Positions 36,078 through 46,721 are shown, counted from the first letter of the stretch. The stretch is DNA of 56,271 bases from an uncultured Sulfuritalea sp. (GCA_964650115.1 CAZYTN010000001.1:3236-59506), one strand, 5' to 3'. Made by a program: numbers and translations. Notes: generated by a model from the letters alone, not told the origin.

Positions 36078-36859
36078 GGTGTCGCACTCCTTGAAATCGT
36101 TACGCTGACCAGCAGGCCGCTTCTCATCATCGAACCCAGCGTTGCCGCAAGATCGAACTGGATGTCCGCGCCAAGTGCCTGCTCCGCGGCGCGGCCGAAC
36201 GAACGACCCTGCCGCAGGCTTTCGATGAACTCGGCAGTGCCGACTGAAATTGCCGAGATTTCCACCGCCAGCCCTTCGCGCCGGACCAAGGCAATTTCGG
36301 GCTGATCAGGATTCACCGTTGCCAGTGCCAATGCAGCGGATTCCGATTGGTGCGCGGTCCACAGCGAGACGATCGCGTGTCGAGAACGCAATATCCGGAC
36401 CGATGGATGCAGGGCAAATCGAGCCTCCGGCAGCGCGTCGACGTCGGCCAGCAGGCGCCCTATCCTTTCGGCGGACAGGGGCTCGGCATCCGCGGCGTAC
36501 CAGGCATGCACGCGCAGCAGTTCCAGCTTTGCCACGTCGGCCAGGTAGGGCAGCCCCGCCGCCGCCGGAAATGCCGCGATGAACTCGGCAAAACCTTCGC
36601 CATACTGGGCCAGCACCGGCGAACGTGGCGGTGCCGCCCGCACGAACTGGCGCGCCATGGCACGGAAAAATTGTTCTCCGACGAGCTCCTGCGTCACCGG
36701 AAAGTTGTCGGCCAGCGCGTCGATCAGGCCGACGACGACATTGTTGCGGTAAATGGCGAAGCGCTTTTCCGGCGCCGAGCCGTTCCACGTCGTCAGGCCA
36801 GGCGGACACACCGGGTCCGTAGCCAGCAGAGCATCGGAAAAAGCCTGCTGTGTGCTCAT
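36074..36859 (-). CDS. DUF2063 (BufC/HvfC-like) MNIO partner protein
   Basis: [21 protein letters not shown] and [10 protein letters not shown]. Confidence 0.88.
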   Translation of the reverse strand: MSTQQAFSDALLATDPVCPPGLTTWNGSAPEKRFAIYRNNVVVGLIDALADNFPVTQELVGEQFFRAMARQFVRAAPPRSPVLAQYGEGFAEFIAAFPAAAGLPYLADVAKLELLRVHAWYAADAEPLSAERIGRLLADVDALPEARFALHPSVRILRSRHAIVSLWTAHQSESAALALATVNPDQPEIALVRREGLAVEISAISVGTAEFIESLRQGRSFGRAAEQALGADIQFDLAATLGSMMRSGLLVSVTISRSATP

Positions 36860-37770
36860 GCCAATGCCACCCGGGATGCGCTCGGGATCAGTCGCTCCAG
36901 GATGCGTTCCGCGTGCTGCGCCTCGGCCAACAGCACTGGGAAAGCCGGTATGTCATTGTCGCGCTCGATCAGCGTTGGCGTCGGGCCAACCCAGTCGAGA
37001 GCATGGCAATACAAGGACCATACGGCCTCCGCCACCGGCGAGCCATGGCTGTCGATCAACAGCGGCGCACCGTCGGCATCCTCATCTTGCGCAAAGCCGG
37101 CTAGGTGTATTTGGGCCACCGCGTCCAGCGGCAGGGCACGCATGTAGTCGCGAGGGTTGCGGTGATGATTCACGCAGGCGATATGGGCGTTATTGACGTC
37201 CAGCAGCAGCCCGCAACCGGTGCGACCGACTACCTCGCTGATGAAATCAGGCTCGGCCATGGTCGAGGCGGCGAACTCGACATAGGTGGCAGGGTTTTCC
37301 AGCAGCATGCGGCGCTTGAGGCGATCCTGCACGCGGTCGATGTGTTCGCAAACGCGAGCCAGCGTACCCGCGTGGTAAGGCGCGGGCAGCAGATCGTTGA
37401 GAAACGCGCCGCCGTGGCTGGACCAGGCCAGATGCTCGGAGAAGGATTCCGGTTCGTAGCGGTCGAGCAGAACCGCCAGGCGATCGAGGTGCGACTCGTC
37501 GAGCGGACCTTCGCCCCCGATCGACAGGCCGACGCCGTGGATCGATAGCGGATAACGCTCGCGAATGCGCGTCAGGTAGTGGTGGAAGGGGCCGCCGTCC
37601 ACCATGTAGTTCTCGGCGTGGATCTCGAAGAAGCCTATATCCGGTGTCGTGACCAGAATCTCCCGGAAGTGTTCCGGTTTCAGCCCGAGCCCCGCCCGAT
37701 TGGGCAGGGCTCGGAGCTTCGCCGGGACAGCGCCGCCGACAGAGCGCAGGCTATTGGCGTGGGCGTTCAT
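36856..37770 (-). CDS. DUF692 multinuclear non-heme iron oxidative enzyme (BufB-like)
   Basis: [43 protein letters not shown] and LIERD. Confidence 0.93.
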   Translation of the reverse strand: MNAHANSLRSVGGAVPAKLRALPNRAGLGLKPEHFREILVTTPDIGFFEIHAENYMVDGGPFHHYLTRIRERYPLSIHGVGLSIGGEGPLDESHLDRLAVLLDRYEPESFSEHLAWSSHGGAFLNDLLPAPYHAGTLARVCEHIDRVQDRLKRRMLLENPATYVEFAASTMAEPDFISEVVGRTGCGLLLDVNNAHIACVNHHRNPRDYMRALPLDAVAQIHLAGFAQDEDADGAPLLIDSHGSPVAEAVWSLYCHALDWVGPTPTLIERDNDIPAFPVLLAEAQHAERILERLIPSASRVALA

Positions 37771-37800
37771 GGCGGGCGCTCCTTGAGGCTCGTCAGGCGA

Positions 37801-38115
37801 TCAGGCTTTCTTTTCCTTGAACTCGGCAAGCTGGCCGTTACCGGTCGGCGAGGTCTTCGACATGGTCTTCTCGCAGGTGCCCTTGGGCACCATCGACCAG
37901 GCATTGCCCTGATGATCCATCTTCGAGGTTCCGGCACAGGTGGTGCCGGCGCCGGCCTTGCAGTCGTTTTTGCCCTTCATGGCCACGCCGTAGCACTTTT
38001 CCGTCTCCGCCTTCATGGCTCCGCCATGTGAGGCAGCAAAGGAAGGGGCTGAGGCCACGGTCAGGGCGGCGCCCAGGGCCAGGGCGAGTGAAGCGGCGGT
38101 CATGGTCTTGTTCAT
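37801..38115 (-). CDS. DUF2282 bufferin-type precursor (BufA1-like)
   Basis: Signal peptide, then EKCYGVA.KGKNDC..TCAG..W..VPKGTC (4 Cys). Confidence 0.9.
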   Translation of the reverse strand: MNKTMTAASLALALGAALTVASAPSFAASHGGAMKAETEKCYGVAMKGKNDCKAGAGTTCAGTSKMDHQGNAWSMVPKGTCEKTMSKTSPTGNGQLAEFKEKKA

Positions 38116-38152
38116 GGTCAATCTCCTTGTAATGATTGCTTGGAAGCTTCCG

Positions 38153-38195
38153 TGGGTAGCAGACCCCCGAAGCGCGCTTGCGAGCCTGCTACCCA
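38153..38195. other. Stem-loop at the 5' end of the bufA transcript
   Basis: TGGGTAGCAG..CTGCTACCCA perfect 10-bp inverted repeat immediately after the putative -10 element. Confidence 0.6.
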
Positions 38196-38197
38196 TA

Positions 38198-38225
38198 TAG
38201 TCGGACCCGATGCAAATTACTTACA
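38198..38225 (-). promoter_or_regulatory. Putative ECF promoter (TGTAAG-N16-CGACTA)
   Basis: Repeated motif upstream of bufA. Confidence 0.72.
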
Positions 38226-38226
38226 C

Positions 38227-38796
38227 TCATGCCACCTTGTAGGCAGCAAACTTGTCGTCCACCTCGGTCTGGAACAGGTGGTTGGTGTAGTTCGACAGTG
38301 TCTTCACGGCCGCGGCCAGGATCACCTGCAGCGCGGTGGCTTCGGTGTAGCCCGCGGCAAGGAAGGCATCGGCGACGGCCTGGCCGGGCTTGCCGGCCGT
38401 CCTTACCAGTTCCTGCGTGAAGGCGTAGAGCGCCGCCAGCCTGGCGTCCGGAATCGGCTGGCCCGAGCGCATGGCGGCCAGTACCGGCGCCGGCACGCCC
38501 GACATCTTGTCCGCCAGCATGCTGTGCGCCGCCGTGCAGTAGTTGCAGCCGTTCTGCTGGCTGATGGCGAGGAAGATGACTTCCTGCTCGGTCGGCGTCA
38601 GGCCCGACTTCTGGCGGAAGACGGCGTAGCCGTGCAGATAGGTGGTCAGCACGCCGGGCACATTGACCATGTTGGCATACATGTTGGGAATGAAACCGAC
38701 CGCCTTCAGTGCGCCTTCGAGCGCTTCCTTCTGGGTGGCGTCGGCGGAATCGAGGGTGACCCCGCGCAGGGTCTGGGCGACAAAGTGTTGCGTCAT
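38227..38796 (-). CDS. AhpD/carboxymuconolactone decarboxylase family protein
   Basis: GFIPNMY, EQEVI.LAIS..NGCNYCTAAH and KTLSNYTNH. Confidence 0.9.
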   Translation of the reverse strand: MTQHFVAQTLRGVTLDSADATQKEALEGALKAVGFIPNMYANMVNVPGVLTTYLHGYAVFRQKSGLTPTEQEVIFLAISQQNGCNYCTAAHSMLADKMSGVPAPVLAAMRSGQPIPDARLAALYAFTQELVRTAGKPGQAVADAFLAAGYTEATALQVILAAAVKTLSNYTNHLFQTEVDDKFAAYKVA

Positions 38797-38888
38797 GATG
38801 TTCTCCTGATGAATGGAATCGTGGATGAAGCGCCGCACTTCCGGCGGCACGACTGAAGATTAGGCCCGGCCGACCGCGGGTTGGTTAT

Positions 38889-38921
38889 CATCCGTACATT
38901 TTTCATAACCATTCGTACATT
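38889..38921. promoter_or_regulatory. Tandem direct repeat, probable AraC binding site
   Basis: CATCCGTACATT and CATTCGTACATT with a 21-bp period, between the divergent ahpD and araC genes. Confidence 0.6.
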
Positions 38922-38927
38922 CCTGCC

Positions 38928-39803
38928 ATGGCACCTGACGGCATCTCCCGGCTGCTGGACCACATCGGTCTGCGCGCCAACACTTTCTATGCCGGGCCGC
39001 TATGTGGGCTGCACGACTTTGCCGCCGACGAGGGTGTCGGCCACCTGCACGTCATCCGGGGCGGCAAGATGCGGGCGGTTCAGTCCGGTCACGCGGACAT
39101 CGAGGTCAGCGAACCGACATTGTTGTTCTATCCCCGGCCCATCGACCACCGCCTCGATGTCTTCGATTCGGTGACGGCCGACGTGCTGTGCGCCAGCGTG
39201 CGCTACGACGCCGGTCAGGAAAACCCGGTGACACAGTCGTTCCCGGCCGTCGTCGTGATTCCCTTCAGTGGACTGAAGCGCATCGAACTGACCCTGACCG
39301 CGCTGTTCGCCGAAGCGGCCGACGACAGCCCCGGACGGCAGGTGATGCTCGATCGCCTGTGCGACATCCTGCTGATCCAGATCGTCCGCTTCGCCATCCA
39401 GCAGGAGTGGGTGCAGCACGGCGTTCTCGCCGGTCTCGCCCACCCGCGCCTGGCCGGCCTGCTGATCGAATTGTTCGACGACCCGCGCAAGCCGTGGACC
39501 GTGGACAGCATGGCGGAGCGCGCCCTGCAATCACGCAATGGTTTCGCGCGCGAATTCCGCAAGGTGGTTGGCAATACTCCGGCGGACTTCCTGACCCGTG
39601 TGCGCATCACACTTGCACAACGATTGCTGCGCAAGGGCCGGCCCGTGGCGCTGGTGGCAGACGAGACAGGCTACGGCAGCCAGCCGGCGTTCTCGCGGGC
39701 CTTCATCCGCGAGACGGGCATGAGTCCCTCGGCATGGGTGCGCGGTCTGGCAGGCGATGGCACGGTACCTCCGAGCCAGGCTCCCCTTCCGGCAATCGGA
39801 TAG
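38928..39803 (+). CDS. AraC family regulator with cupin sensor (RclR/RcsR-like)
   Basis: FYAGPLCG..GHLHV..LLFYPRP..H..VLCA N-domain and C-terminal double HTH (GYGSQPAFSRAF). Confidence 0.88.
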   Translation: MAPDGISRLLDHIGLRANTFYAGPLCGLHDFAADEGVGHLHVIRGGKMRAVQSGHADIEVSEPTLLFYPRPIDHRLDVFDSVTADVLCASVRYDAGQENPVTQSFPAVVVIPFSGLKRIELTLTALFAEAADDSPGRQVMLDRLCDILLIQIVRFAIQQEWVQHGVLAGLAHPRLAGLLIELFDDPRKPWTVDSMAERALQSRNGFAREFRKVVGNTPADFLTRVRITLAQRLLRKGRPVALVADETGYGSQPAFSRAFIRETGMSPSAWVRGLAGDGTVPPSQAPLPAIG

Positions 39804-40072
39804 ACAAGCCCCACCAAGGCCGCGCCGGCAAGTAACTCTAATTTGTCGCCGTACCGCCAGCGCCGACTCTCGCAACGAATGGCTTCGAGGTGGGTAGGTC
39901 GGGTGGTTGGCCTCAACAGCCGTTGGAGCTAGCCGCCGAGTTGGATTGTTGAGCGTCTGCTCCTCAGAATCCTGAACTCACCCTCTGTGCCTTGAGCCAC
40001 CAAGGAATAAATGCATAGTCGCCGGCAGCTTGTACTCGCATTGCTGTCACTCAGGCTATGGCAGGATAGTTG

Positions 40073-42304
40073 CTAAACATCCCGCTGACTCAGCGCACGC
40101 AGCAAGGTTGCAAACAAAGTGTCTGGGTTAAACGGTTTGATCAGGAAGTCGTTCATCCCCGCTTCGACGCAACGCGCCTTGTCCTCGGCAAATGCGTTGG
40201 CGGTCATGGCAATAATCGGTGTGTGCCGGTAGCCGGGTAGCTCGCGGATCTGCTGGGTCGCCTCCAACCCGTTTACGTTCGGCATCTGCATGTCCATGAA
40301 GATGGCCGCATAGCTGGTCTGCCGCGCCAGGGCGATCGCCTCTGCGCCGTTCCCCGCGGTATCCACGACAAGGTCGGCACCTTCAAGCTGTATCAGGGCA
40401 ATTTCCCGATTTATGGGTTCGTCGTCAACGACAAGAATGCGGTGACCGCAATAGCGTTGCTTGATTGCCTTCTCGTCATCTACATTCCCTGCCGGTTCCG
40501 GACGGTCAGCTTCGCGTCGCTCCTCCAACTTTTTCAGTTTCACGCTAAACCAGAATGTACTGCCTCGCCCTACCTCGCTGATCACCCCCACGTCACCGCC
40601 CATCAGCAGGGCGATGCGTTTGGAGATTATCAGGCCAAGTCCCGTGCCACCATACTTGCGGGTAAATGAGTCGTCCGCCTGAGTGAAGGCGCGGAACAAG
40701 CGGGTCTGCGCCTCGGGACTCACGCCAATGCCCTGATCGGTCACGTCAATACGCAGTAGAACGCCGAGGCTGTCTTCATCGACAGCGCAAGCACGGACGA
40801 TGATCTGGCCGCTCGAAGAGAACTTGATGGCGTTGCCGATGAAATTGATCAGTATCTGTCCCAGGCGCATGGCGTCACCGCAAAAAAGATCGGGCAGAGT
40901 GGGGGCGATTTCGCGGGACAGACTCAGCCCTTTGGCTTGGGCCTGTTCGTCCAGCATGTTGAGGATGTCGTCAAACACGTGCGCAAGAGAGAAGCTCTTC
41001 TCTTCCAGCGTCATTCGATCAGATTCGATCTTGGCGATGTCAAGGATGTCGTTGATGATGGCGAGCAGATGCTTCGCGGCGCCCTGGCTCTTTTTAAGCC
41101 AGTCGATCTGTCTTGGATCGGTGGCCCGACGCAGAGCCAGGTCGGTCATGCCCATGATGCCGTTCATCGGTGTGCGCAGTTCATGGCTCATGTTGGCGAG
41201 GAAGACGCTCTTGGCACGGTTGGCAACATCCGCCTGAAGCTTTGCCTGGTAGAGCAGCTGATTGGTGGCTTCGAGGTCGGCGGTGCGCTGGCGTACCCGT
41301 TCTTCGAGGGTGGCGTTGATGTTTCTGATCTGTTCCGATGCTTTCTGGAGTTCGATTGTTTCCTTGTCGATGATGACCTGTCCGCGGCGCACGATCAGGA
41401 ATAGCGCGCAGTAGAGCAGCCCCAGCAGCCCGAGGACAACCGCGAGCAAGATGTTCGCACTCTCTTCCACCTTGCCCTGGTTCACAGCCGCGGCCTGCTC
41501 CACTTTCGCCTCGTTTTCGGCGTTCAGCTTCTTGATGAATGCCGAGGTGTTTTTGATCTGGTTGAGAAATGGTGTCGCGTCGGAATACACTTCAAACACC
41601 CCTACGACCTGTTCACTATCGGGAGCGAACGCCGGCAGGTAGCTGGAGATCAAGTCGCGGTCCTCGACCACGCCCTCGAACGCGCTGAACTTGCCGCGGT
41701 GGGTCAATTCGCTTGCCGGCTTTCCGGCTACTGCACTCGACCAGCCGGCGTTGCCCTGCTTGTCTTCGCCGATCTGACCGTGCTCGGACGAGTAGACTGT
41801 GATGCCACGCAGGTCGAACACCTTGATCTTGAATACGGTGCTGGCCTTCATGGTGTCGAACACCTTGGCGTCAAGCGCCTTGAAGTCGGGCAGCGCCATG
41901 ATCTTCTTGCCGACCTCTGCAAAGCAGGCCTGCTTCTCGTCCGCCTGCACGGTATTGCCGCCAGCGTCCTTAACGACAGGGATGGCACGGCACTGATCGA
42001 CCGGGATTCTCTGCGCCATGGCTACGAATGGCGCGAAGCTCTTCTCCCACAGAGAATTCGCGAACAGGCGCGTCAAATTGACGTTACCCGCCTCATGCAC
42101 CTGAAGCAAATCCGCGCGGGCGGCCCCGTCGTACTGCACGGCGAAGCTGTCCTGAACCTGCGCGAAAAACGAGTTTTGCGCCAGCGCAGCCTGCTTGAAG
42201 AATTCGCTTTCCCGGAGCTCGAAATACAGTAACGGGGCCGCGACCAGGACAAATGCAACGAGGCTGGCCACGGTGAAATAGCGCACCAACCGGAAGCTCG
42301 CCAT
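40073..42304 (-). CDS. Hybrid sensor histidine kinase/receiver
   Basis: Two TM helices, [26 protein letters not shown] and receiver VDDE..MDMQMP..KP. Start estimated; the ORF is open to 42439. Confidence 0.9.
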   Translation of the reverse strand: MASFRLVRYFTVASLVAFVLVAAPLLYFELRESEFFKQAALAQNSFFAQVQDSFAVQYDGAARADLLQVHEAGNVNLTRLFANSLWEKSFAPFVAMAQRIPVDQCRAIPVVKDAGGNTVQADEKQACFAEVGKKIMALPDFKALDAKVFDTMKASTVFKIKVFDLRGITVYSSEHGQIGEDKQGNAGWSSAVAGKPASELTHRGKFSAFEGVVEDRDLISSYLPAFAPDSEQVVGVFEVYSDATPFLNQIKNTSAFIKKLNAENEAKVEQAAAVNQGKVEESANILLAVVLGLLGLLYCALFLIVRRGQVIIDKETIELQKASEQIRNINATLEERVRQRTADLEATNQLLYQAKLQADVANRAKSVFLANMSHELRTPMNGIMGMTDLALRRATDPRQIDWLKKSQGAAKHLLAIINDILDIAKIESDRMTLEEKSFSLAHVFDDILNMLDEQAQAKGLSLSREIAPTLPDLFCGDAMRLGQILINFIGNAIKFSSSGQIIVRACAVDEDSLGVLLRIDVTDQGIGVSPEAQTRLFRAFTQADDSFTRKYGGTGLGLIISKRIALLMGGDVGVISEVGRGSTFWFSVKLKKLEERREADRPEPAGNVDDEKAIKQRYCGHRILVVDDEPINREIALIQLEGADLVVDTAGNGAEAIALARQTSYAAIFMDMQMPNVNGLEATQQIRELPGYRHTPIIAMTANAFAEDKARCVEAGMNDFLIKPFNPDTLFATLLRALSQRDV

Positions 42305-42898
42305 GACCGTTCCCTGTGCTTGACTTAGCTGCGGAGGGAGGCCACCGCTGGCTGCGCCGCTTGCCGGACGGGTGTCTTGTGGCGCTCTTTTTGCAGATTT
42401 TGCGGGTGCCATGTAAATCCGCCTTGTCATAAAAGGCATTTCTGTCTGCCATGGTACGCTGGCCCGGTGTTTCGAGGCGGCTTTTCTTGGAGGCCGGTGA
42501 GCACCTTCAAGCGGGCGGTCAGATTGTGGTTTTGATCTGTTTCTGACTGTCTCTTGGTGGCCGCGAACGTGAGTTCACCAAATTTCCGCATTGCGGCCCT
42601 TCACTCCTGTCGCGCTGATTCGGGCGGAAGGCGGCCGCGGCCGAACAACCGCCGTATCGCCGGCGCCGACTTTCCGTGTTGGACAAAACGACCGTTGCGG
42701 CCGAACACCTATCGTTGCGGAGACGATCTAGACGAACCCGCTTCCGCCCGCCATGCGCCGGAATGAAGCTTCAACCTGGAACCGACGCTTGGCGCGACCA
42801 CTGTTCGCGGCCGAAGAAAACCTGATTGCTTCGGTTCTCGGGACTCTTCGTGAAATCGGCAAGCTGCCGAACCAGCCCGCGGTCGGCCCGAGCCCGGC

Positions 42899-43114
42899 TC
42901 AGCAGCAATGGCCGCGCCCGTGCTCCTGGATCGGCGGGCACGGCACCGTGCCGTAGGAACAGAACACGCAGCAGTCGCCTGGCTTGGGCTTGAGCAGCAC
43001 ATGGCAGCCCTCGCATTCGTAGAACCACTGGCAGGCATCGGTTGGCATCATTTCGGTCTTGACATGGCCGCACTGCGGGCAAGTCAGCACGGATTCAAGA
43101 AGGACGGCGCTCAT
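42899..43114 (-). CDS. GDCCVxC domain-containing small Cys-rich protein
   Basis: LTCPQCG..MPTDACQWFYEC..C..PKPGDCCVFCSYG..CPP. Confidence 0.88.
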   Translation of the reverse strand: MSAVLLESVLTCPQCGHVKTEMMPTDACQWFYECEGCHVLLKPKPGDCCVFCSYGTVPCPPIQEHGRGHCC

Positions 43115-43123
43115 TGTGTGGCC

Positions 43124-43399
43124 TCACTTTTGCACGGTGGAGGGATAGCCCGCGTTGGCCGTCGCCTTGCTCAGCGCCTCGGGCTGGGTCTGGTCCGGGT
43201 CATAGCTCACGGTGGCCGTCTTCCTCTCGAAATCGACCTTGACGCCACTCACACCGGATACTTTTTCTAGCGACTTCCTGACCGTGATCGGACAGAGCTC
43301 GCAGCTCATGTTCTTCACGTCGAGGGTGACGGTTTTCGGGGCGGCGGCCAACGCGGACAGGGGCAGCGCGGCGAGGGCTGCGATCAAGAGTTTGCGCAT
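43124..43399 (-). CDS. merP: MerP-like periplasmic HMA metal-binding protein
   Basis: Signal peptide, MSCELCPITVRKSL and ATANAGYPS. Confidence 0.85.
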   Translation of the reverse strand: MRKLLIAALAALPLSALAAAPKTVTLDVKNMSCELCPITVRKSLEKVSGVSGVKVDFERKTATVSYDPDQTQPEALSKATANAGYPSTVQK

Positions 43400-43411
43400 T
43401 GGAATCTCCTT

Positions 43412-43759
43412 TCAGTAGAACAACGGAGCCAGCCAAGGTACGGCGAGCAGGCCGAGCAGCAGGACGGCGACGCTCCAGAACGTCTGCCGCTGCCGTTTGA
43501 TGGTGCGCGGATCGGCGCAGGGCGTATCCGGCGTGCAGGCCGGCGCCACCATGTACAGCTTGCGAAAGGCCAGGCCGAGAAACAGCAGCGTCAGGCCGAT
43601 GAAGAAGGGCCGGTAGGGTTCCATCGCCGTCAGGCTGCCGACCCAGGTGCCGCCGATGCCCAGCGCCAGCAGCAGCAGCGGCCCGACACAGCAGACGGAC
43701 GCGCCGACGGCGGCGAATGTTCCGGCGACCAATGTCCGATTTCCCGTGGTCATTTTCAT
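43412..43759 (-). CDS. merT: MerT-like metal transporter
   Basis: ASVCCVGPLLLLALGIGGTW, EPYRPFF and the loop C-x5-C. Confidence 0.88.
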   Translation of the reverse strand: MKMTTGNRTLVAGTFAAVGASVCCVGPLLLLALGIGGTWVGSLTAMEPYRPFFIGLTLLFLGLAFRKLYMVAPACTPDTPCADPRTIKRQRQTFWSVAVLLLGLLAVPWLAPLFY

Positions 43760-43783
43760 GTCCTTGCATTCCTCCTTCGTTTA

Positions 43784-44485
43784 TCAAGCCAATGCGGGAA
43801 TCAAAAGGTAGTAGGCGTTCAGCAGGTACAGCCCCGTCGCCACCAGTGTCACGCCGCCTGCCACGTCGAATGCGCGACGAAAGCGGCCGAGCGCGCGCAG
43901 CCCTTCCAGCCAGCCAACTGCCCACGCGCCGAGGATGATCGGCAGCGCCCGACCCAGGGCAAAGGCCAGCAGCAGGACCACGCCCAGCCAGGGCGAGCCG
44001 ATGATCGCGACCACGCCCAGCAGCGCCAGCAAGGCCGGCGTGCAGGCCGGGCAGACCGCGACCGAGAACGGAATGCCAAGCGCGAATGCGCCCCAGGCGC
44101 CGGCCGGCCGCCTGGCACGCAGCGCGAGCGCCGGCAGCGGCAGGCGCAGCCAGCCGGTCCACACCAGTCCCAGCAGGATCAGCAGCGGGCCGAGCAGCGC
44201 GCCCCAGCCGCGCCCCATCAGCGCCCCGACCCAGCGCCCGCCCAGTCCGGCGGCGAACCCGAGCCCTGCATGGGTAAGCACCATGCCGAGGATGAACATT
44301 CCGCCCAATCGCACCGCCTCGCGCGTTTCGCGCGCCTGGGTGACGTAGGCCAGCATCATCGGGATGGCGGCCACCGCCACCGGGTTGACGCTGAAGGCCA
44401 ACCCCGCCAGGAAGCCGACGCCGGCCGAGGCATAGCCCATCGATTCGACCGCAGCGCTCAAGGCTTCCGGCGTGAGATCAATCAT
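43784..44485 (-). CDS. CcdA/DsbD transmembrane-domain family protein
   Basis: Six TM-like segments, GAFALG..CPACTP and LLLAFALG. Confidence 0.75.
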   Translation of the reverse strand: MIDLTPEALSAAVESMGYASAGVGFLAGLAFSVNPVAVAAIPMMLAYVTQARETREAVRLGGMFILGMVLTHAGLGFAAGLGGRWVGALMGRGWGALLGPLLILLGLVWTGWLRLPLPALALRARRPAGAWGAFALGIPFSVAVCPACTPALLALLGVVAIIGSPWLGVVLLLAFALGRALPIILGAWAVGWLEGLRALGRFRRAFDVAGGVTLVATGLYLLNAYYLLIPALA

Positions 44486-44735
44486 GGCCGGCCCGCCGCA
44501 GCAATTCGTCGCGCAATTGCGCCGGCGTGGGCAGCGCGGCGAACGCCAGCCTGCCGTCGATGGCCAGCGCGGGCAGGGTCAGCACGCCAAGCTCGACCGC
44601 ATAATCCAGCGCTTCGAGGACATTGAGTTCGCTCCACTCGACGCCACCCGCCGCGGCTTCGGCGGCGGATTTCAGAGCGGACTTGGCCGTCATGCATTCG
44701 ACGCAGCCCGGCGCGTAGATCAGTTCCACTTTCAC
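44478..44735 (-). CDS. Small thioredoxin-like protein
   Basis: APGCVEC and LGVLTLPALAIDG. GTG start overlaps the merR-family stop. Confidence 0.8.
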   Translation of the reverse strand: MKVELIYAPGCVECMTAKSALKSAAEAAAGGVEWSELNVLEALDYAVELGVLTLPALAIDGRLAFAALPTPAQLRDELLRRAGHD

Positions 44736-45154
44736 CGCACCGGCTCCCGGTCGCCATCGACCTGTTCCAGGGCGACCAGGATCGGGCACTCATCGACCGA
44801 CTGGCTGCCGTCGGCGCATTCGGCGATCAGCCTGTCGAGTGCGGCGGACATGGATTGCATGGTGCGTATCTTGGCGGCGAGCTGCAGACGCTTTTCGATG
44901 GCGCGCTGGCGCACATCGTTGCAGCAGGCGCTGTCGGTCTGGCGCAGGTGCAGCAGTTCGCGGATTTCCGTCAGCGTGAAGCCGCATGCCTGCGCGTGCC
45001 GGATGAAACGGACGCGGCGCAGCGCGTCTTCGCCATACAGTCGATAGCCGCTTGCGCTCCTGGCTGCAGGGGCAAGCAATCCCTCGCCCTCGTAATAGCG
45101 CAGGGCATCGGGGCTGATCTCGCCCGCCGCCGCCAGTTTGCCGATGGTCAGCAC
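44732..45154 (-). CDS. MerR family heavy-metal-responsive regulator
   Basis: TIGKLA..LRYYE..GYRLY..GFTLTEI, with Cys ligands ACC and C-x8-CPI. Confidence 0.9.
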   Translation of the reverse strand: MLTIGKLAAAGEISPDALRYYEGEGLLAPAARSASGYRLYGEDALRRVRFIRHAQACGFTLTEIRELLHLRQTDSACCNDVRQRAIEKRLQLAAKIRTMQSMSAALDRLIAECADGSQSVDECPILVALEQVDGDREPVR

Positions 45155-45164
45155 CGGTGCGACC

Positions 45165-45428
45165 TCACGCCTGGCCGAGACCGGCGGCGCGCAGAACTTG
45201 CTCATCGACGCCGCGTCCGGCACAGCAACCGGCCAGTTGGCCGTCGATGGCCACCGCCGGCACGGAGCGGACACCGAGCGCCCTGGCGCGTTTGACTACT
45301 TCGATGTCGTTCATGTCGAGCACCTCGACGCCGCACGAGGGACATGCCAGGCGCTGCACCAGTAGCACCACGTCTTGGCATACCGGACAGCCGGCGCTGA
45401 AGACTTCCACCTTGCGTTTGACGGTCAT
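45165..45428 (-). CDS. Small thioredoxin/glutaredoxin-like protein
   Basis: VEVFSAGCPVC, CPSC and GVRSVPAVAIDG.LAGCC. Confidence 0.82.
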   Translation of the reverse strand: MTVKRKVEVFSAGCPVCQDVVLLVQRLACPSCGVEVLDMNDIEVVKRARALGVRSVPAVAIDGQLAGCCAGRGVDEQVLRAAGLGQA

Positions 45429-45493
45429 TTCCAGGTTCCTTTCAGGTAGTCGACCTTGGATGCTTCGCGACGCGGTCGTCACGTTGCACTTGA

Positions 45494-45525
45494 AGCCTAA
45501 ACCTTGCAGTAGACACGAGAGTCAA
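45494..45525 (-). promoter_or_regulatory. MerR-type promoter with long spacer
   Basis: Minus strand TTGACT-N20-TAGGCT with partial dyad symmetry in the spacer. Confidence 0.6.
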
Positions 45526-45816
45526 GTAAAAATTCAGCGCCCTGCCGACATTCATGGCTCGCTGATATTTCTGAAATGAACGTCGTCAGCGCCCCAGACA
45601 ACCAACTTTCAAAATATCGCTGCCAATGAGTGCTCGTCGGCCATTGCCGCACCCGACCCACAACAACCTGATGATATTTTCATGGGCAATGGTGGCTGGC
45701 GGGCCCCAAGCTGCCATTCAATGAAAACCGGCCCTGGCCGCAAATTCAGCGGTCGCCGGCCACCACCGTGAGAAGCCATTTTCGGAGAACCGCCAGCCGC
45801 AACGCGGGCCACAACT

Positions 45817-46716
45817 TCACTGCAATGCCGTATCTGCCCTCAGTCTTTCGACAGCCAGATCCACGAAACTCCGGACCTTGGCCGATCCGTGGCGACCCTC
45901 GCGATGAATCACGTGGACCGGCAACGAGGCGTCTTCAAAGTTAGTCAGCACCGTCTTGAGGCTCCCCGCCGCCAGTTCGTTCGCCACCTGGTAGGAGATC
46001 AGCCGCGTGAGGCCAAACCCGTTCCTGGCGGCTTCAATTGCTCCATCATTGGTATTCACCAGAATGCGCGCGTCGATCCGGGCGCCGATCTTTTCCTTCC
46101 CCTTGGCGAAGGTCCACTCCGGACCGGCAGACACCGATGTCGCGGCAATGATCTGGTGCCGCGCGAGATCGGCAGGGGTTTTGGGGCTGCCGTGCTTCTT
46201 CAGGTACGCAGGCGACGCGCAGACGACACGACGCACCTGGCCGACGCGAATTGCCCGCAGCGAGGAGTCGGGCAATGACCCGATGCGGATGCCTACATCG
46301 AGCCCTTCCTCCACCAGGTTAACCACGCGATCGACAAACAGCGCCGATACCGTGGTTTCCTTGTACGTCGTCTGGTAGGCGGTGATGACGGGCATCACAT
46401 AAATCTTGCCGAACAGCACCGGTGCCGTGACCGCAAGATGCCCGCGCGGCGTGGCATTGATGCCGGCCGCCGCTTCGTCGGCCTCGTCCGCCTCAAGCAG
46501 GATGCGCCGCGCATCTTCGAGATAGCGGGCGCCGGCATCGGTGACCCGCACCAGGCGAGTGGTGCGTGTGAGCAGGCGCACCGCCAACCTCCCTTCAAGG
46601 AAGGCAATGGCACGGGTCACGGCGGGAGGCGACATGCGCAGCCGCCGCGCAGCGGCCGCGAAGCTTTCCTCTTCGGCCACGGCGACAAACACGGTCATGA
46701 GATGAAATCGATCCAC
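45817..46716 (-). CDS. LysR family transcriptional regulator
   Basis: SFAAAARRL.MSPPAVTR..LE..L..RTTR HTH and CrgA-like substrate-binding domain. Confidence 0.93.
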   Translation of the reverse strand: MDRFHLMTVFVAVAEEESFAAAARRLRMSPPAVTRAIAFLEGRLAVRLLTRTTRLVRVTDAGARYLEDARRILLEADEADEAAAGINATPRGHLAVTAPVLFGKIYVMPVITAYQTTYKETTVSALFVDRVVNLVEEGLDVGIRIGSLPDSSLRAIRVGQVRRVVCASPAYLKKHGSPKTPADLARHQIIAATSVSAGPEWTFAKGKEKIGARIDARILVNTNDGAIEAARNGFGLTRLISYQVANELAAGSLKTVLTNFEDASLPVHVIHREGRHGSAKVRSFVDLAVERLRADTALQ

Positions 46717-46721
46717 TATTT

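Noticed and set aside
42560-42830. Short repeats (GCGGCCGAA..) as a CRISPR or attC array
   Set aside because: Too short and irregularly spaced, with no cas or integrase gene.
42899-45428. Selenoproteins suggested by the nearby selD
   Set aside because: All redox motifs in these ORFs use Cys codons, and no in-frame TGA at a motif position was seen.
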